NCBI GenBank assembly: GCA_900617105.1
Contig: UYFQ01000023.1
Coordinates: forward strand, 248,001 to 312,000
Reading direction: 5' to 3'
Source of the DNA: Hydrurus foetidus
Lineage: Eukaryota
Length of the DNA: 64,000 nucleotides
Under the pieces are notes generated by a model. The model was given only the letters and a program-made list of their open reading frames with translations, had not been told where the DNA came from and searched no databases. Shown here one piece after another: positions 31,274 through 41,241 of this stretch. Each line of letters starts with the position of its first letter. Position 1 is the stretch's first letter. The translations under genes were made by a program, and so were the position numbers.

Positions 31274-31375
31274 TCAAGGGAAAACACTGTGATGCCGATG
31301 GCAGACTGCCCCTAAAGTGCAGGCTGTGGTTCATTGACTGTTATCTCGTTTTGTCACGTCACTCAAGGAGTTTTT

Positions 31376-32365
31376 ATGCAACGCCCTACTCAGCATCGCT
31401 TGGTATCTGTCTCTGTCTTTGCGTTAACGCTGCTAAGCACTGCAGCCTTCGCCCAAAAATGGGATTTGGCCGCCGCCTACCCCACCACCAATTTCCACAC
31501 TGAAAACCTGACGCAGTTCGCGGCTGACGTGGACAAGGCCAGCGGTGGCAAATTCAAAATCACCGTTCACGCCAACGCTTCGCTGTTCAAAGCCAGCGAA
31601 ATCAAGCGCGCGGTTCAAGGCGGGCAAGCCCCTGCGGGCGAGATTTTGTTGGCCAATTACGAGAACGAAAACCCCGTTTACGGTGCCGATGGCGTGCCCT
31701 TCCTGGCCGCGTCTTACCCCGATGCCAAGCGCTTGTATGACGCGCAAAAACCCGTGCTTGAAAAGCTGCTGGGCAACCAGGGCATGAAGCTGTTGTACGC
31801 CGTGGCGTGGCCACCGCAGGGCATTTACGCCAAGAAAGAAATCAACTCGGTGGCTGATTTGCGCGGCATCAAATGGCGTGCTTACAGCCCTGCCACGGGC
31901 AAAATTGCTGAGCTGATCGGTGCGCAACCCGTCACCATCCAGGCAGCAGAGTTGTCGCAAGCGCTGGCGACGGGTGTGGTTGAAAGCTACATGAGCTCAG
32001 GCTCCACGGGCTACGACAGCAAAACCTATGAGAGCCTGAAATTTTTCCACGACACCCAAGCGTGGCTGCCCAAGAACGCCGTCATCGTCAACAAAAAAGC
32101 CTTTGATGCGCTGGATGCCCCCACCCAAGCACTGCTGACCCAAGCAGCCGCAGAGGCAGAAACCCGTGGCTGGAAGTCCAGTCAAGAGAAAAACGAGTGG
32201 TACAAAAAAGCGCTGACTGAAAAGGGCATGAAGATCGTGCCCCCCACCCCCAAGCTGATGACGGACATGCGCCAAGTTGGCGGCATCATGCTGAGCGATT
32301 GGCAAAAGAAATCAGGTGCCGATGGCGAGGCGATCCTGAACGCTTACAAAAAATCGGCAAAGTAA
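31376..32365 (+). CDS. TRAP substrate-binding protein (DctP family, likely pyroglutamate)
   Basis: WDLAAAYP..NFHTENL, WPPQG, LATGVV, AWLPKN; resembles Bordetella DctP6/7 from memory; AAGGAG RBS. Confidence 0.9.
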   Translation: MQRPTQHRLVSVSVFALTLLSTAAFAQKWDLAAAYPTTNFHTENLTQFAADVDKASGGKFKITVHANASLFKASEIKRAVQGGQAPAGEILLANYENENPVYGADGVPFLAASYPDAKRLYDAQKPVLEKLLGNQGMKLLYAVAWPPQGIYAKKEINSVADLRGIKWRAYSPATGKIAELIGAQPVTIQAAELSQALATGVVESYMSSGSTGYDSKTYESLKFFHDTQAWLPKNAVIVNKKAFDALDAPTQALLTQAAAEAETRGWKSSQEKNEWYKKALTEKGMKIVPPTPKLMTDMRQVGGIMLSDWQKKSGADGEAILNAYKKSAK

Positions 32366-32368
32366 GCC

Positions 32369-32902
32369 ATGCGCCGTTTTCTTGACCGGCTGTATGACGC
32401 AGGCGGCGCTCTGGGGGCCGTGTTTGTGGCCCTCATCTGCGTGTTGATGATCGCGCAAAGCGTGCTGCGCGAGCTGGGCATCCGCACCGGCGCGGTGAAC
32501 GACATCGTGTCGTGGTTTTGCGCGGCGGCGGCCTTCTTTGCGATGGCCCACGCCTTCAAGCATGGCGACTTTGTGCGGGTGACGCTGCTGCTGGAAAAAG
32601 TCAACCCTCAAACACGGCGTGCGATGGAACTGGTGTCCCTGGCGATTGGCAGCGTGTCATGCAGCTATCTGGCGTGGTCAGCGGTGAAGTTCACTTACGA
32701 GAGCTGGGAATTCAACGACATAGCGCAAGGCTTGTTGCCCATGCCGATGTGGATTCCACAATTGAGCTTTGCGCTGGGCTCTGTGCTCTTGCTGGTAGCG
32801 GTGGTGGACGAGTTCATCATCGTGCTGCGAGGCGGCGTGCCTACCTTTGTGCGGGTCGTCGAAGAACGCCATGCACGCGGTGATTTTTCTTCCGACGTTT
32901 AA
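32369..32902 (+). CDS. TRAP small permease (DctQ)
   Basis: About 4 TM segments, between DctP and DctM. Confidence 0.9.
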   Translation: MRRFLDRLYDAGGALGAVFVALICVLMIAQSVLRELGIRTGAVNDIVSWFCAAAAFFAMAHAFKHGDFVRVTLLLEKVNPQTRRAMELVSLAIGSVSCSYLAWSAVKFTYESWEFNDIAQGLLPMPMWIPQLSFALGSVLLLVAVVDEFIIVLRGGVPTFVRVVEERHARGDFSSDV

Positions 32903-32917
32903 CCAGAAAAGCCTCTC

Positions 32918-34228
32918 ATGGAAGTTTTGTACATCGGCGGGCTGCTGCTCGCCATCATGATGGTTCTGCTCTCGGGTGGCGTGTGGATTGCCATGACGCT
33001 GGCGATTTGCGGCTGGGTAGGGCAGGCCTTTTTCACCAGCACCGAGCCAGGTAAAAACCTGTTTTCAGCGTTTTGGGAAAGCAACGCCAGTTGGGAATTG
33101 GCCGCCCTGCCCCTCTTTATTTGGATGGGCGAAATTTTGTTTCGTACCAAACTCAGCGAAGAGATGTTCGAGGGTCTGCGCCCTTGGCTGAACCGCATTC
33201 CAGGGCGCTTGGCGCACACCACGATTTTGGGTTGCGGTATTTTTGGCTCGGTGAGTGGCTCGTCCGCGGCCACCTGCGCGACGATTGCCAAGGTGGCGCT
33301 GCCTGAACTCAAAAAGCGGGGCTACGATGAAAACCTGGTTCTAGGTGCGCTGGCGACAGGCGGCACGCTGGGGATTTTGATACCGCCCTCCATCACGATG
33401 GTGGTGTACGCGGTGGCTGCGGATGCGTCCATCATCCGCATCTTTTTGGCAGGTTTCATCCCCTCGGCGGTGCTGATGGCGCTGTTCATGGGCTACATCG
33501 CGTGGTGGTCGATCCGCAACCCTGAAAAAGTACCCGCAGCCGACCCGCCCAGCACTTGGGCGCAGAAGTTCAAGAAAAGCGGTAATTTGATCCCTTGCAC
33601 CGCACTCATCATTTTCATCGTCTGGGTGCTGGTGGCGGGCTACGCCACGGCGACGGAATGCGCGGCTTACGGTGTGGCCGGCTCGCTCGCCATCGCCGCT
33701 TTTGGCCGGGCGCTGACCTGGGACAATTTTTGGGAAGGCCTGATGGGCGCCACCCGCACCAGCTGCATGATCATGTTCATCTTGGCCGGTGCCGCCTTCC
33801 TCACCAAAACCATGGCCTTCACTGGTGTGCCGCGCGAGCTGGCCGAATGGGTGAACAGCATGAACCTCTCACCCTACGCGCTGATCGCCGCGCTGGTGGT
33901 GGTCTACCTGATTTTGGGCACAGCACTCGACGGCATCAGCATGATCGTGCTGACCAGCGCGGTGATCTTGCCGATGATCCAAAAAGCCGGGTTTGATTTG
34001 ATCTGGTTTGGCATCTTTATCATCTTGCTGGTCGAGATTGCCGAGGTCACGCCGCCGGTGGGCTTCAACCTGTTTGTGCTGCAAAACATGACGGGCAAAG
34101 ACAGCAACACCGTAGCCAAAGCGGCGCTGCCCTTCTTCGCCTGCTTGGTGGTGTGCATCGCCATCATCACCGTGTTCCCGCAAATCGTCACCTTCCTGCC
34201 GGATTTGGTGATGGGCAAAGAGAAGTAG
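32918..34228 (+). CDS. TRAP large permease (DctM)
   Basis: [38 protein letters not shown]. Confidence 0.94.
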   Translation: MEVLYIGGLLLAIMMVLLSGGVWIAMTLAICGWVGQAFFTSTEPGKNLFSAFWESNASWELAALPLFIWMGEILFRTKLSEEMFEGLRPWLNRIPGRLAHTTILGCGIFGSVSGSSAATCATIAKVALPELKKRGYDENLVLGALATGGTLGILIPPSITMVVYAVAADASIIRIFLAGFIPSAVLMALFMGYIAWWSIRNPEKVPAADPPSTWAQKFKKSGNLIPCTALIIFIVWVLVAGYATATECAAYGVAGSLAIAAFGRALTWDNFWEGLMGATRTSCMIMFILAGAAFLTKTMAFTGVPRELAEWVNSMNLSPYALIAALVVVYLILGTALDGISMIVLTSAVILPMIQKAGFDLIWFGIFIILLVEIAEVTPPVGFNLFVLQNMTGKDSNTVAKAALPFFACLVVCIAIITVFPQIVTFLPDLVMGKEK

Positions 34229-34254
34229 AGCGAAGAGCAGGAAGTAAAAACACC

Positions 34255-34644
34255 ATGTTGACTGTATTCGCTATCAGTATAGGAGCATCCCTTGGCGCAC
34301 TGGCTCGCTGGAGGCTGGGTTTATGGCTGAACACCGGCGCAGGCGCTACCCCCCTGCTGCCCTGGGGAACGCTGGCCGCCAACATGGTCGGCGGTTATTT
34401 GATCGGCGTGTGCGTCGCCATTTTCCAATCCCTGCCCGAACTTGACCCGGTATGGCGGCTGGCGATAGTCACCGGCTTTTTAGGTGGCCTGACCACGTTT
34501 TCCAGCTTCTCCGCCGAGGTGGTGGGGATGCTGCAACAAGAACGCTACGCGCTGGCGCTGGGCACAGCGGCGCTGCATGTAGGCGGCTCGCTGGCACTGA
34601 CGCTGCTGGGGATTCGCAGTGTGGGGTGGATTTTGGGGAGATAG
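34255..34644 (+). CDS. crcB: fluoride channel Fluc/CrcB
   Basis: [31 protein letters not shown]. Confidence 0.94.
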   Translation: MLTVFAISIGASLGALARWRLGLWLNTGAGATPLLPWGTLAANMVGGYLIGVCVAIFQSLPELDPVWRLAIVTGFLGGLTTFSSFSAEVVGMLQQERYALALGTAALHVGGSLALTLLGIRSVGWILGR

Positions 34645-34667
34645 TGGGGCGGTAGTGGGGAGGCCAA

Positions 34668-35486
34668 TCACCCCACAAGTACTTGCCGAGCACGCGCTAT
34701 GACCGGTGCATCCACCATCTGGCCATCGAATTCGAAGGCACCAGGGCGGCTATCGGACAGTGCCAGTACCTGCCTTGCCCACGCGATCTCGCTCGCAGTC
34801 GGCTGAAAACAGGCGTTGACCACCATCAGTTGCGCCGGGTGAATACAGAGCTTGCCACCAAAACCAACGCGCCTTGCCCTTAGCGTGGACACCTTTAACG
34901 CATCCTCATCCCTCAAGGCCAGCGTCACCCCGTCTACCGGTGGCAGCAGGCCCGCCGCACACGAGGCCAGCACCAGTTGCGCCCGGTAGCTGGCCAGCTC
35001 ATCACCGTCGCCCTCTATCCCCAGGCCCAGGCAAAAATCAACCGTGCCAAACAGCAGGCGGGTCACGCCGAGCTGCGCGGCAATGGTATTCACATTGAGC
35101 ATGCCTAGAGCGGTTTCTATGAGCGCAAGAATGGACTTTCCACTCCCGGCCTGCTGAGCGGCATACGCTATGTCCGCTGTCGTCTCGGCCTTGGGCAGAA
35201 CGATGCCGAGCACCCCTGGCATGCGACAGAGCGCCAAATCTTCTTGAGCCCATACAGTGTCCAAGGCATTTACCCGTACCAGTGCCGAGCCACCGCCTGC
35301 CAGGAAGGCCCGACAGGCTTCCCGCGCCTCTAATTTCGAGCTAACAGCGACAGCATCTTCCAGGTCAATAATGACGGCGTGCGCACCACTGGCTGCGGCC
35401 TTGGCAAAGCGCTCCGGTCGGTCGCCGGGCACGAAAAGCAAGGAGCGAGCAATCAATGGCACGGCTTGCACTGAGGATGATTTCAT
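34668..35486 (-). CDS. CitE/HpcH family acyl-CoA lyase (citramalyl-CoA lyase-like)
   Basis: RSLLFVPGDRPERF, IIDLEDAV, LIETA, GKLCIHPAQ, GQMVDAPV. Confidence 0.9.
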   Translation of the reverse strand: MKSSSVQAVPLIARSLLFVPGDRPERFAKAAASGAHAVIIDLEDAVAVSSKLEAREACRAFLAGGGSALVRVNALDTVWAQEDLALCRMPGVLGIVLPKAETTADIAYAAQQAGSGKSILALIETALGMLNVNTIAAQLGVTRLLFGTVDFCLGLGIEGDGDELASYRAQLVLASCAAGLLPPVDGVTLALRDEDALKVSTLRARRVGFGGKLCIHPAQLMVVNACFQPTASEIAWARQVLALSDSRPGAFEFDGQMVDAPVIARARQVLVG

Positions 35487-35500
35487 GGTCGTACCTGGTT

Positions 35501-36511
35501 TCAGTCGAGTGTCACTTTGGCGCTGTTGACGATGATGTGCCAGCTTTTGATGTCCTTGGTCAGTAAGTCAGCCAGCTCAGCCGCTGTCGAGCCCATGGGT
35601 TGCGCACCTTGCTCTTCCATCTTTCGAATGGTGACGGGGTCAGCGATGACTTCGCGAACAGCTTTGTTCAGACTCGCCTGGACATCGGCAGGCAACCCTT
35701 TGGGTGCGAACACGGCAAACCACGAGTCGACCACCATGGCCGGAAATCCGGCTTCATGCGCCGTCGGCAATTCCGGGAACAGTGGCGAGCGCTGCTGCCC
35801 GGTGACTGCAATGGCGCGCAACTTACCTGCTTTGATGAAGGACAGGGCCGCCGGTATGGTGGAAAACATGACCTGCACTTGTCCGCCCATCAGATCGGTA
35901 AGCGCGGGTGCTGCGCCTTTGTAGGGGACATGGGTCATACGGACACCCGTTTGTTGGGCCAGCATTTCACCTGCCAGGTGAAAAATGCTGCCCGCCCCCG
36001 CAGAGCCGTAGTTCACTTCTCCGGGATGCGCCTTGGCGAAGGCCAGCAAGTCGGGCATTGTTTTAATGGGCAGCGCTGGATTGACGATGACGACGTTATT
36101 GACGCGTGCCACCATAGAAATCGGGTCGAAGCTCTTGATCGGATCCCAGGCCAGTTTTTTGTACAAGGATGGATTGATGGCGTTGGTTCCGTTGTAACCC
36201 ATCAGCAGGGTGTAGCCATCGGGTTTTGCCTGGGCCGCTGCCGCAGCCCCTATGTTGCCGCCTGCGCCGCCCCGGTTGTCGATGATGACGGACTGGCCAA
36301 GCCGTTTGCTTAGGCCATCGGCGACGATGCGGCCAATGATGTCTGTGGTGCCGCCGGGGGTGAAGGGGACGATCAGCGTGATGGGCTTGTTCGGATAGCC
36401 CTGGGCTTGCGCGGGTTGAACAGCTGTCATGCACAAGCCAGCGGTCAGCATGGCGGTGTAGACAGCTGGGCGGCAAAGCATGGGTATGGCTTGAGTGAGT
36501 TTATGGGTCAT
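35501..36511 (-). CDS. Bug/TctC substrate-binding protein
   Basis: IVPFTPGGTTD, DNRGGAGG, HVPYKGAAPA. Confidence 0.92.
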   Translation of the reverse strand: MTHKLTQAIPMLCRPAVYTAMLTAGLCMTAVQPAQAQGYPNKPITLIVPFTPGGTTDIIGRIVADGLSKRLGQSVIIDNRGGAGGNIGAAAAAQAKPDGYTLLMGYNGTNAINPSLYKKLAWDPIKSFDPISMVARVNNVVIVNPALPIKTMPDLLAFAKAHPGEVNYGSAGAGSIFHLAGEMLAQQTGVRMTHVPYKGAAPALTDLMGGQVQVMFSTIPAALSFIKAGKLRAIAVTGQQRSPLFPELPTAHEAGFPAMVVDSWFAVFAPKGLPADVQASLNKAVREVIADPVTIRKMEEQGAQPMGSTAAELADLLTKDIKSWHIIVNSAKVTLD

Positions 36512-36551
36512 AGTGGTATTCAGGTGATGTGAAATGAGAACGCCACGTCCA

Positions 36552-37391
36552 TCAGAAACGAGCTTCTGCACGCATGGAAACGGATGCACCTGGCAAACCT
36601 GTCCAGACACACAAATCTTGCCCATCAGGCGCTGCGTTGAGACTCAATGCCTGGCCTATCAAGCTGGGTTGTAAGCCACGGTAGCGAAACTGCTTAAGTG
36701 GTTTGCCCGCGATCTCCTGGGCGTAGCCCGCCAGCAGCGTGGCGCTCAGCGGGCCGTGAACCACGAGGTTGGCGTAACCTTCGACATCGCGGCAGTAGTC
36801 CACATCGTAGTGAATGCGGTGGCCATTAAAGGTCAGTGCCGAGTAGCGAAACAGCGTGGTCGAGGTCGGCGTGAAGGGCTTGCTGTGCGTAGCATCAGGC
36901 ATCTGTGGCGATGCGGCGGCAGCCCCAGGCTGTGTTGGCCCTTTATAGACAATATCGTGCGTCTCTGACACCGCCACTTGACCATCGTGCAGCAGCTCAT
37001 GCAAAACGGTTACGAACACCAACTCACCGCTGCGCCCCTGTTTGTGTTCGATGGATTGAATCCGCGAGCGCTTTTGCACCTCGGCACCTAGCGGGACAGC
37101 GGCATGAAACACCACATTACCGCCCGCCCACATGCGGTTGGCCAGAGGCACAGGTGGCAAGAAACCACCACGCTCCGGATGCCCATCACGCCCCAACTCG
37201 CCCGGCGGCAGTCCTTCAAGAAAGTAAATCCAATGCCACAGTGGGGGCAACGGTGTACCGATTTGCAGTGCGTCTTGCCGCATCCCCAATGTCGCAGCCA
37301 ACAAGCGGGCTTGACGCAGCGACAGCGCGTCGCTCGCCAGGGTTTCGCGCCCTACCCATTGGTGCAGGTATGTGATGTCTACTGTGCTCAT
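36552..37391 (-). CDS. double hotdog MaoC-like hydratase (itaconyl/mesaconyl-CoA hydratase-like)
   Basis: LPPLWHW, DGHP..GGFLPP, RMWAGG, LFRYSALTFNGHRIHYD, VVHGPL. Confidence 0.88.
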   Translation of the reverse strand: MSTVDITYLHQWVGRETLASDALSLRQARLLAATLGMRQDALQIGTPLPPLWHWIYFLEGLPPGELGRDGHPERGGFLPPVPLANRMWAGGNVVFHAAVPLGAEVQKRSRIQSIEHKQGRSGELVFVTVLHELLHDGQVAVSETHDIVYKGPTQPGAAAASPQMPDATHSKPFTPTSTTLFRYSALTFNGHRIHYDVDYCRDVEGYANLVVHGPLSATLLAGYAQEIAGKPLKQFRYRGLQPSLIGQALSLNAAPDGQDLCVWTGLPGASVSMRAEARF

Positions 37392-38548
37392 GCTGTGTTC
37401 TCCTGGGCGGTGGCTCCAAACTCCCTACGCAGGGCCAAGCTGTGCTGGCCCAAGGTGGGCGCGGCATCAAAGTGCTGTGCGTCCCATGGCGCGCGCACTG
37501 GTGGCGCCACCATAGCGATCGTGTGCTCACCGACTGGCATGGGCCAAGTGCGCAGCGCGGGGTGCACAGCCACATCGGCCACCGATCGCACTTGGCCATA
37601 GGCCGTTTTCGATTCGCCCAGTCGCGCCAGGGCTTCGTCGAGACTCAACTGCGCGAACACCGCTGCAATCGTCGCGTCGAGTTCAGGTCGGTGCTTCACG
37701 CGTTCGGTGTTGGAGGCATAGCGCAAGTCTTTGGCGAGCTCAGGATGGCGCAAAAAGACGGTACAGAACTGTTGCCATTCGCGCTCGTTCTGAATGCTGA
37801 TGACGATTTCTTTACCTTCTTGCGTGGTGTAGGCACCATAGGGCGCGATGGAGGGGTGTTTGAGGCCTTGGCGTGTGGGGGCCCCTGCGCCATAAACTTG
37901 GTGCAAGTAGGGCACGCTCATCCAGTCTGCTGCGCCGTCAAACAATGACACCGAGATGCCGCAGCCTTGGCCCGTGCGTTCACGCGAAGCCAGCGCTGAC
38001 AGCACGCCTATGGTGGCATTCATGCCCGCACCTATATCGCAGATTGAGACACCGATTCGGCCAGGTGACTCTGGTGCCCCGCTGATGCCAGCCAGGCCGC
38101 TTTCGCACTGCACCAACAGATCGTAGGCTTTGAGCTCGCTGGCCTCGCTGTCTTCGCCATAGCCAGTGATATCACAGGTAATCAGACGCGGGTAGCGGGC
38201 AAGCAATGCTCTGCTGTCAAAACCTGCCCGTGCCAATGCGCCTGGCGCCAAGTTTTGGACAAACACATCGGCTTTGGCCAGCAAGCGTTCAAGCAGCGCC
38301 GCGTCAGCGGGTTGTTTGAAATCCATCACCAGCGACTCCTTGCCGCGATTAGTCCAGACAAAATAGGACGACACACCATTTATCGCTGCGTCGTAGCCGC
38401 GAGCGAAGTCACCTTCGGTTCGCTCAATTTTGATGACCCGTGCCCCCAATTCGGCCAGCCGCCCAGTGCATAAAGGTGCAGCCAAAGCCTGCTCAATGGA
38501 CACAACCAACAAACCCTCCAGAGGGAGAGAACAATTAAGGTGGTTCAA
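37388..38548 (-). CDS. CaiB/BaiF (family III) CoA transferase
   Basis: EQALAAP, GARVIKIER..GDFARGYD, NRGKES, KAYDLLVQCE; TTG start at 38548 with GAGGGG RBS. Confidence 0.9.
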   Translation of the reverse strand: MNHLNCSLPLEGLLVVSIEQALAAPLCTGRLAELGARVIKIERTEGDFARGYDAAINGVSSYFVWTNRGKESLVMDFKQPADAALLERLLAKADVFVQNLAPGALARAGFDSRALLARYPRLITCDITGYGEDSEASELKAYDLLVQCESGLAGISGAPESPGRIGVSICDIGAGMNATIGVLSALASRERTGQGCGISVSLFDGAADWMSVPYLHQVYGAGAPTRQGLKHPSIAPYGAYTTQEGKEIVISIQNEREWQQFCTVFLRHPELAKDLRYASNTERVKHRPELDATIAAVFAQLSLDEALARLGESKTAYGQVRSVADVAVHPALRTWPMPVGEHTIAMVAPPVRAPWDAQHFDAAPTLGQHSLALRREFGATAQENTA

Positions 38549-38558
38549 TGCTCGCCCC

Positions 38559-39182
38559 TCAGCGGCCATAGGTTGCGGTAAAACTGGCCTTACCGAGCAG
38601 GTTGGCACCCAGCCCCTTGTTCAGCACGAAACCGTAGAGGGCCGCAGTGCCTGTCTTGGGAACACCGGCGGCGGCGGGTACATCGTCCACAGCCAAAGCG
38701 TAAAGCGTAAACACGTAGCGGTGTGCCGCGTCGCCTGAAGGTGGGCAGGGGCCGCCGTAGTTACCGTTGACGCCAGTCACGCCGGTGTCCTGGAAGTCGT
38801 TGGTTCCACCGAAAGCAGGTGCAGGCAGTTTTGACGCGGCATTGCCAGCGCCTTGGGCCAAACTTGTCGAACTGGCTGGAATGTTGTAAACCGCCCAATG
38901 CCAAAAACCACTGCCGGTGGGTGCATCTGGGTCATACATCATCAACGCAAAAGACTTTGTGCCCGCAGGTGCGTTGCGCCAATCCAGTGCTGGAGAGACG
39001 TTATCGCCACTGCAGCCAAAGCCTTTGGCGATAAATTTATGGGAGAAGGTTCCCGATGCCAGATCCGGGCTGCTGAGCGTGAACGTGGGTGTTTGCGCCA
39101 TGGCTTCGTTGCCTCCGCAAGCGCTAAGCTGGGAGAGTGCGACAGTGGCGGTAAGAGCGGTAAGAGCGGAAGTGATGCGCAT
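38559..39182 (-). CDS. YbhB/YbcL (PEBP/Raf kinase inhibitor-like) protein, probable lipoprotein
   Basis: LSAC lipobox, GFGCSG.NVSP, DPDAPTGSGFWHW, YGGPCPP, HRYVFT. Confidence 0.9.
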   Translation of the reverse strand: MRITSALTALTATVALSQLSACGGNEAMAQTPTFTLSSPDLASGTFSHKFIAKGFGCSGDNVSPALDWRNAPAGTKSFALMMYDPDAPTGSGFWHWAVYNIPASSTSLAQGAGNAASKLPAPAFGGTNDFQDTGVTGVNGNYGGPCPPSGDAAHRYVFTLYALAVDDVPAAAGVPKTGTAALYGFVLNKGLGANLLGKASFTATYGR

Positions 39183-39296
39183 GAGACTTTTCCTTGGTGT
39201 GTTTAAAGATAAATTGCTTTGCTGCGTTCAAGCTTGCAATGATCGGAGAGACACGCTGCCATTACCAGTGAGCAATACCAAGGTAAGCTTTCGTGC

Positions 39297-40205
39297 ATGA
39301 CAAAAGCTCCCGACTCTGTTCCTCATTACGACCTGACCGATCTACGCGTTTTTTTGGCCGTGGCGGATGCCGGCAATGTGTCCCGAGGGGCCGAGCGCTG
39401 CCATCTCGCCCCCTCGTCTGTCAGTCTGCGCATCAAGGGTCTGGAGGAAGCGGTTGGTGCGCGCTTGTTGACGCGCCAAGCTCGCGGCGTGACGCTCACC
39501 CCCGCAGGCCGTGTGTTGGTGGAGCACACACGGCGCTGTATTGCCCAACTCGAACAAATGCATGCCGATCTGCTGCCTTTTGCTCAGGGTCTGAGCGGGC
39601 ACATTACGCTCTTTGCCAATAACAATGCGATCAGCGCCCATTTGCCCGATGATTTGGCTCGTTTTTTTGTCGCTTTTCCGACTGTGCGCATCACTCTGGA
39701 AGAACGGCTCAGCTTGGATATTGTTGCGGCCGTTGCAGCTGGCCGTGCCGATATTGGCGTGGTTGCGGCAGAGGGCGAGCATCCAGAACTCTCGTTCAGA
39801 CCTTACCGCGAAGACCAACTCGTACTGTTAACGCCACTGCACAGCGCACTGGGAAAGTGTCCGGCTGTGAGTTTTGCAGCCTGCCTGCGCGAACCCTTCA
39901 TCAGCCTACAGCACGGCACCGCGCTTCACACTTACCTGATGAACCATGCAGCTGCGCTTGGCGGGCGGCTGGACTTGCGGGTGCAGGTGTCAGGCTACCG
40001 AGCCATCGCGCGCCTGGTAGCGTCGGGGGCAGGCATTGGCATCGTGCCGCGCTCAGCGCTGGAACCATCGGACCATGAGAAGCTGGCCATCGTCGAACTC
40101 ACAGAACCATGGGCCAAGCGGCACCTTCGTGTCTGCGTGAGGCGACATTCAGAAGAAATGAATCCCTTTCTCAGCAGCCTTGTTGAGATGCTTTGTAAAA
40201 GCTAA
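39297..40205 (+). CDS. LysR family transcriptional regulator
   Basis: N-terminal HTH (DLRVF..GNVSRGA..SVSLRIKGLEE), LTPAG; divergent from the CoA-transferase operon. Confidence 0.94.
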   Translation: MTKAPDSVPHYDLTDLRVFLAVADAGNVSRGAERCHLAPSSVSLRIKGLEEAVGARLLTRQARGVTLTPAGRVLVEHTRRCIAQLEQMHADLLPFAQGLSGHITLFANNNAISAHLPDDLARFFVAFPTVRITLEERLSLDIVAAVAAGRADIGVVAAEGEHPELSFRPYREDQLVLLTPLHSALGKCPAVSFAACLREPFISLQHGTALHTYLMNHAAALGGRLDLRVQVSGYRAIARLVASGAGIGIVPRSALEPSDHEKLAIVELTEPWAKRHLRVCVRRHSEEMNPFLSSLVEMLCKS

Positions 40206-41236
40206 GCCTGAAAATAATCCCCCCCAACCCGTAACCCCGGCGTGGCCTGCCACTCCCCATTCTTCCCCACCACCAGCACATCCACATCCCACAGCCGCGC
40301 CAAGCGCAATGCGCCTTGGTAGCCTGCGACAAACATCACTTTGGTCAGGGCATCCGCGACGGTGCAGGTGGTGGCGGCCACTGTCACGCTGGCCAAGTCG
40401 GTGGGGGAATAGCCGGTGTGGGGGTCCAAAATATGGTGGTGCTTTAAATCAGGGCTGAAGCTGCATTCGTTATCGGCGGAAGTGGCGATGCAGCGCCCTT
40501 GCAGGGCCAGACGGGCAATCAAGGCCTGGGCGTCTCTGGGGTTGGCTATGCCCAAATGCCATTCTCGACCCGCAGGGGATTGCCCCAGCGCCGTCCATTC
40601 CCCCGTGTTGATGAGCGCATGGCGTATGCCTTGGGCTTGGAGTGTTTCGCGCACAGTGTCTGCGGCAAAGCCCTGCGCAATGCCATTCAGCGTGACGGCC
40701 ATGCCGGGTTCCAGGCGGATTTCTTGGGGGGAAACGACCAACCTTTGCCAGCCAACAACCGATCTGGCCTGGGTAACGGCGGCGGCGGTGGGCAAGCCGC
40801 CTTGGCGCTGTGCCGACGCGAAGGCGGCCCACAGCGGCTGCACCGTCACGTCAAACGCACCCTGGCTGCGTTGGGAGATGGTTTGGGCAATGTGGAGGAT
40901 TTTGAACAAATCGGCATGGGGCGACACCAGCACGCCATCGCGGTTCAGACGGCTCAGGGCACTCATCGGGCGGAACAAGCTCATCTGGTCTTCAACGTGG
41001 CGAATGCGGGCGACGGCGGCATCCAAGGCTTGCTCTGCCACTGCGGCATCGGGGTGTGCCACACGCAAGGAAAGCAGCGTGCCCAGGCCCGTCAAGCTGC
41101 GGTCGCGCCAGTGCAAGCCCGCTAAGTTGCCTGGATCACGGCCTGCATCAACTTGCGAGCCCAAGCCCAAGGCTGAACCCATCAAGGCGGCAACACCCCA
41201 GCTGGATTGCAAAAAGGAACGTCGTTTCATTGCCAT
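40202..41236 (-). CDS. FAD:protein FMN transferase (ApbE/NosX)
   Basis: Tat-like KRRSFL, GAFDVTVQPLW, LNGIAQG, HHILDP.TG, ADALTK. Confidence 0.92.
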   Translation of the reverse strand: MAMKRRSFLQSSWGVAALMGSALGLGSQVDAGRDPGNLAGLHWRDRSLTGLGTLLSLRVAHPDAAVAEQALDAAVARIRHVEDQMSLFRPMSALSRLNRDGVLVSPHADLFKILHIAQTISQRSQGAFDVTVQPLWAAFASAQRQGGLPTAAAVTQARSVVGWQRLVVSPQEIRLEPGMAVTLNGIAQGFAADTVRETLQAQGIRHALINTGEWTALGQSPAGREWHLGIANPRDAQALIARLALQGRCIATSADNECSFSPDLKHHHILDPHTGYSPTDLASVTVAATTCTVADALTKVMFVAGYQGALRLARLWDVDVLVVGKNGEWQATPGLRVGGDYFQA

Positions 41237-41241
41237 GCCTT

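Noticed and set aside
34200..34255. Fluoride riboswitch before crcB
   Set aside because: Only 26 bp separate dctM and crcB, and the conserved riboswitch elements are not evident.
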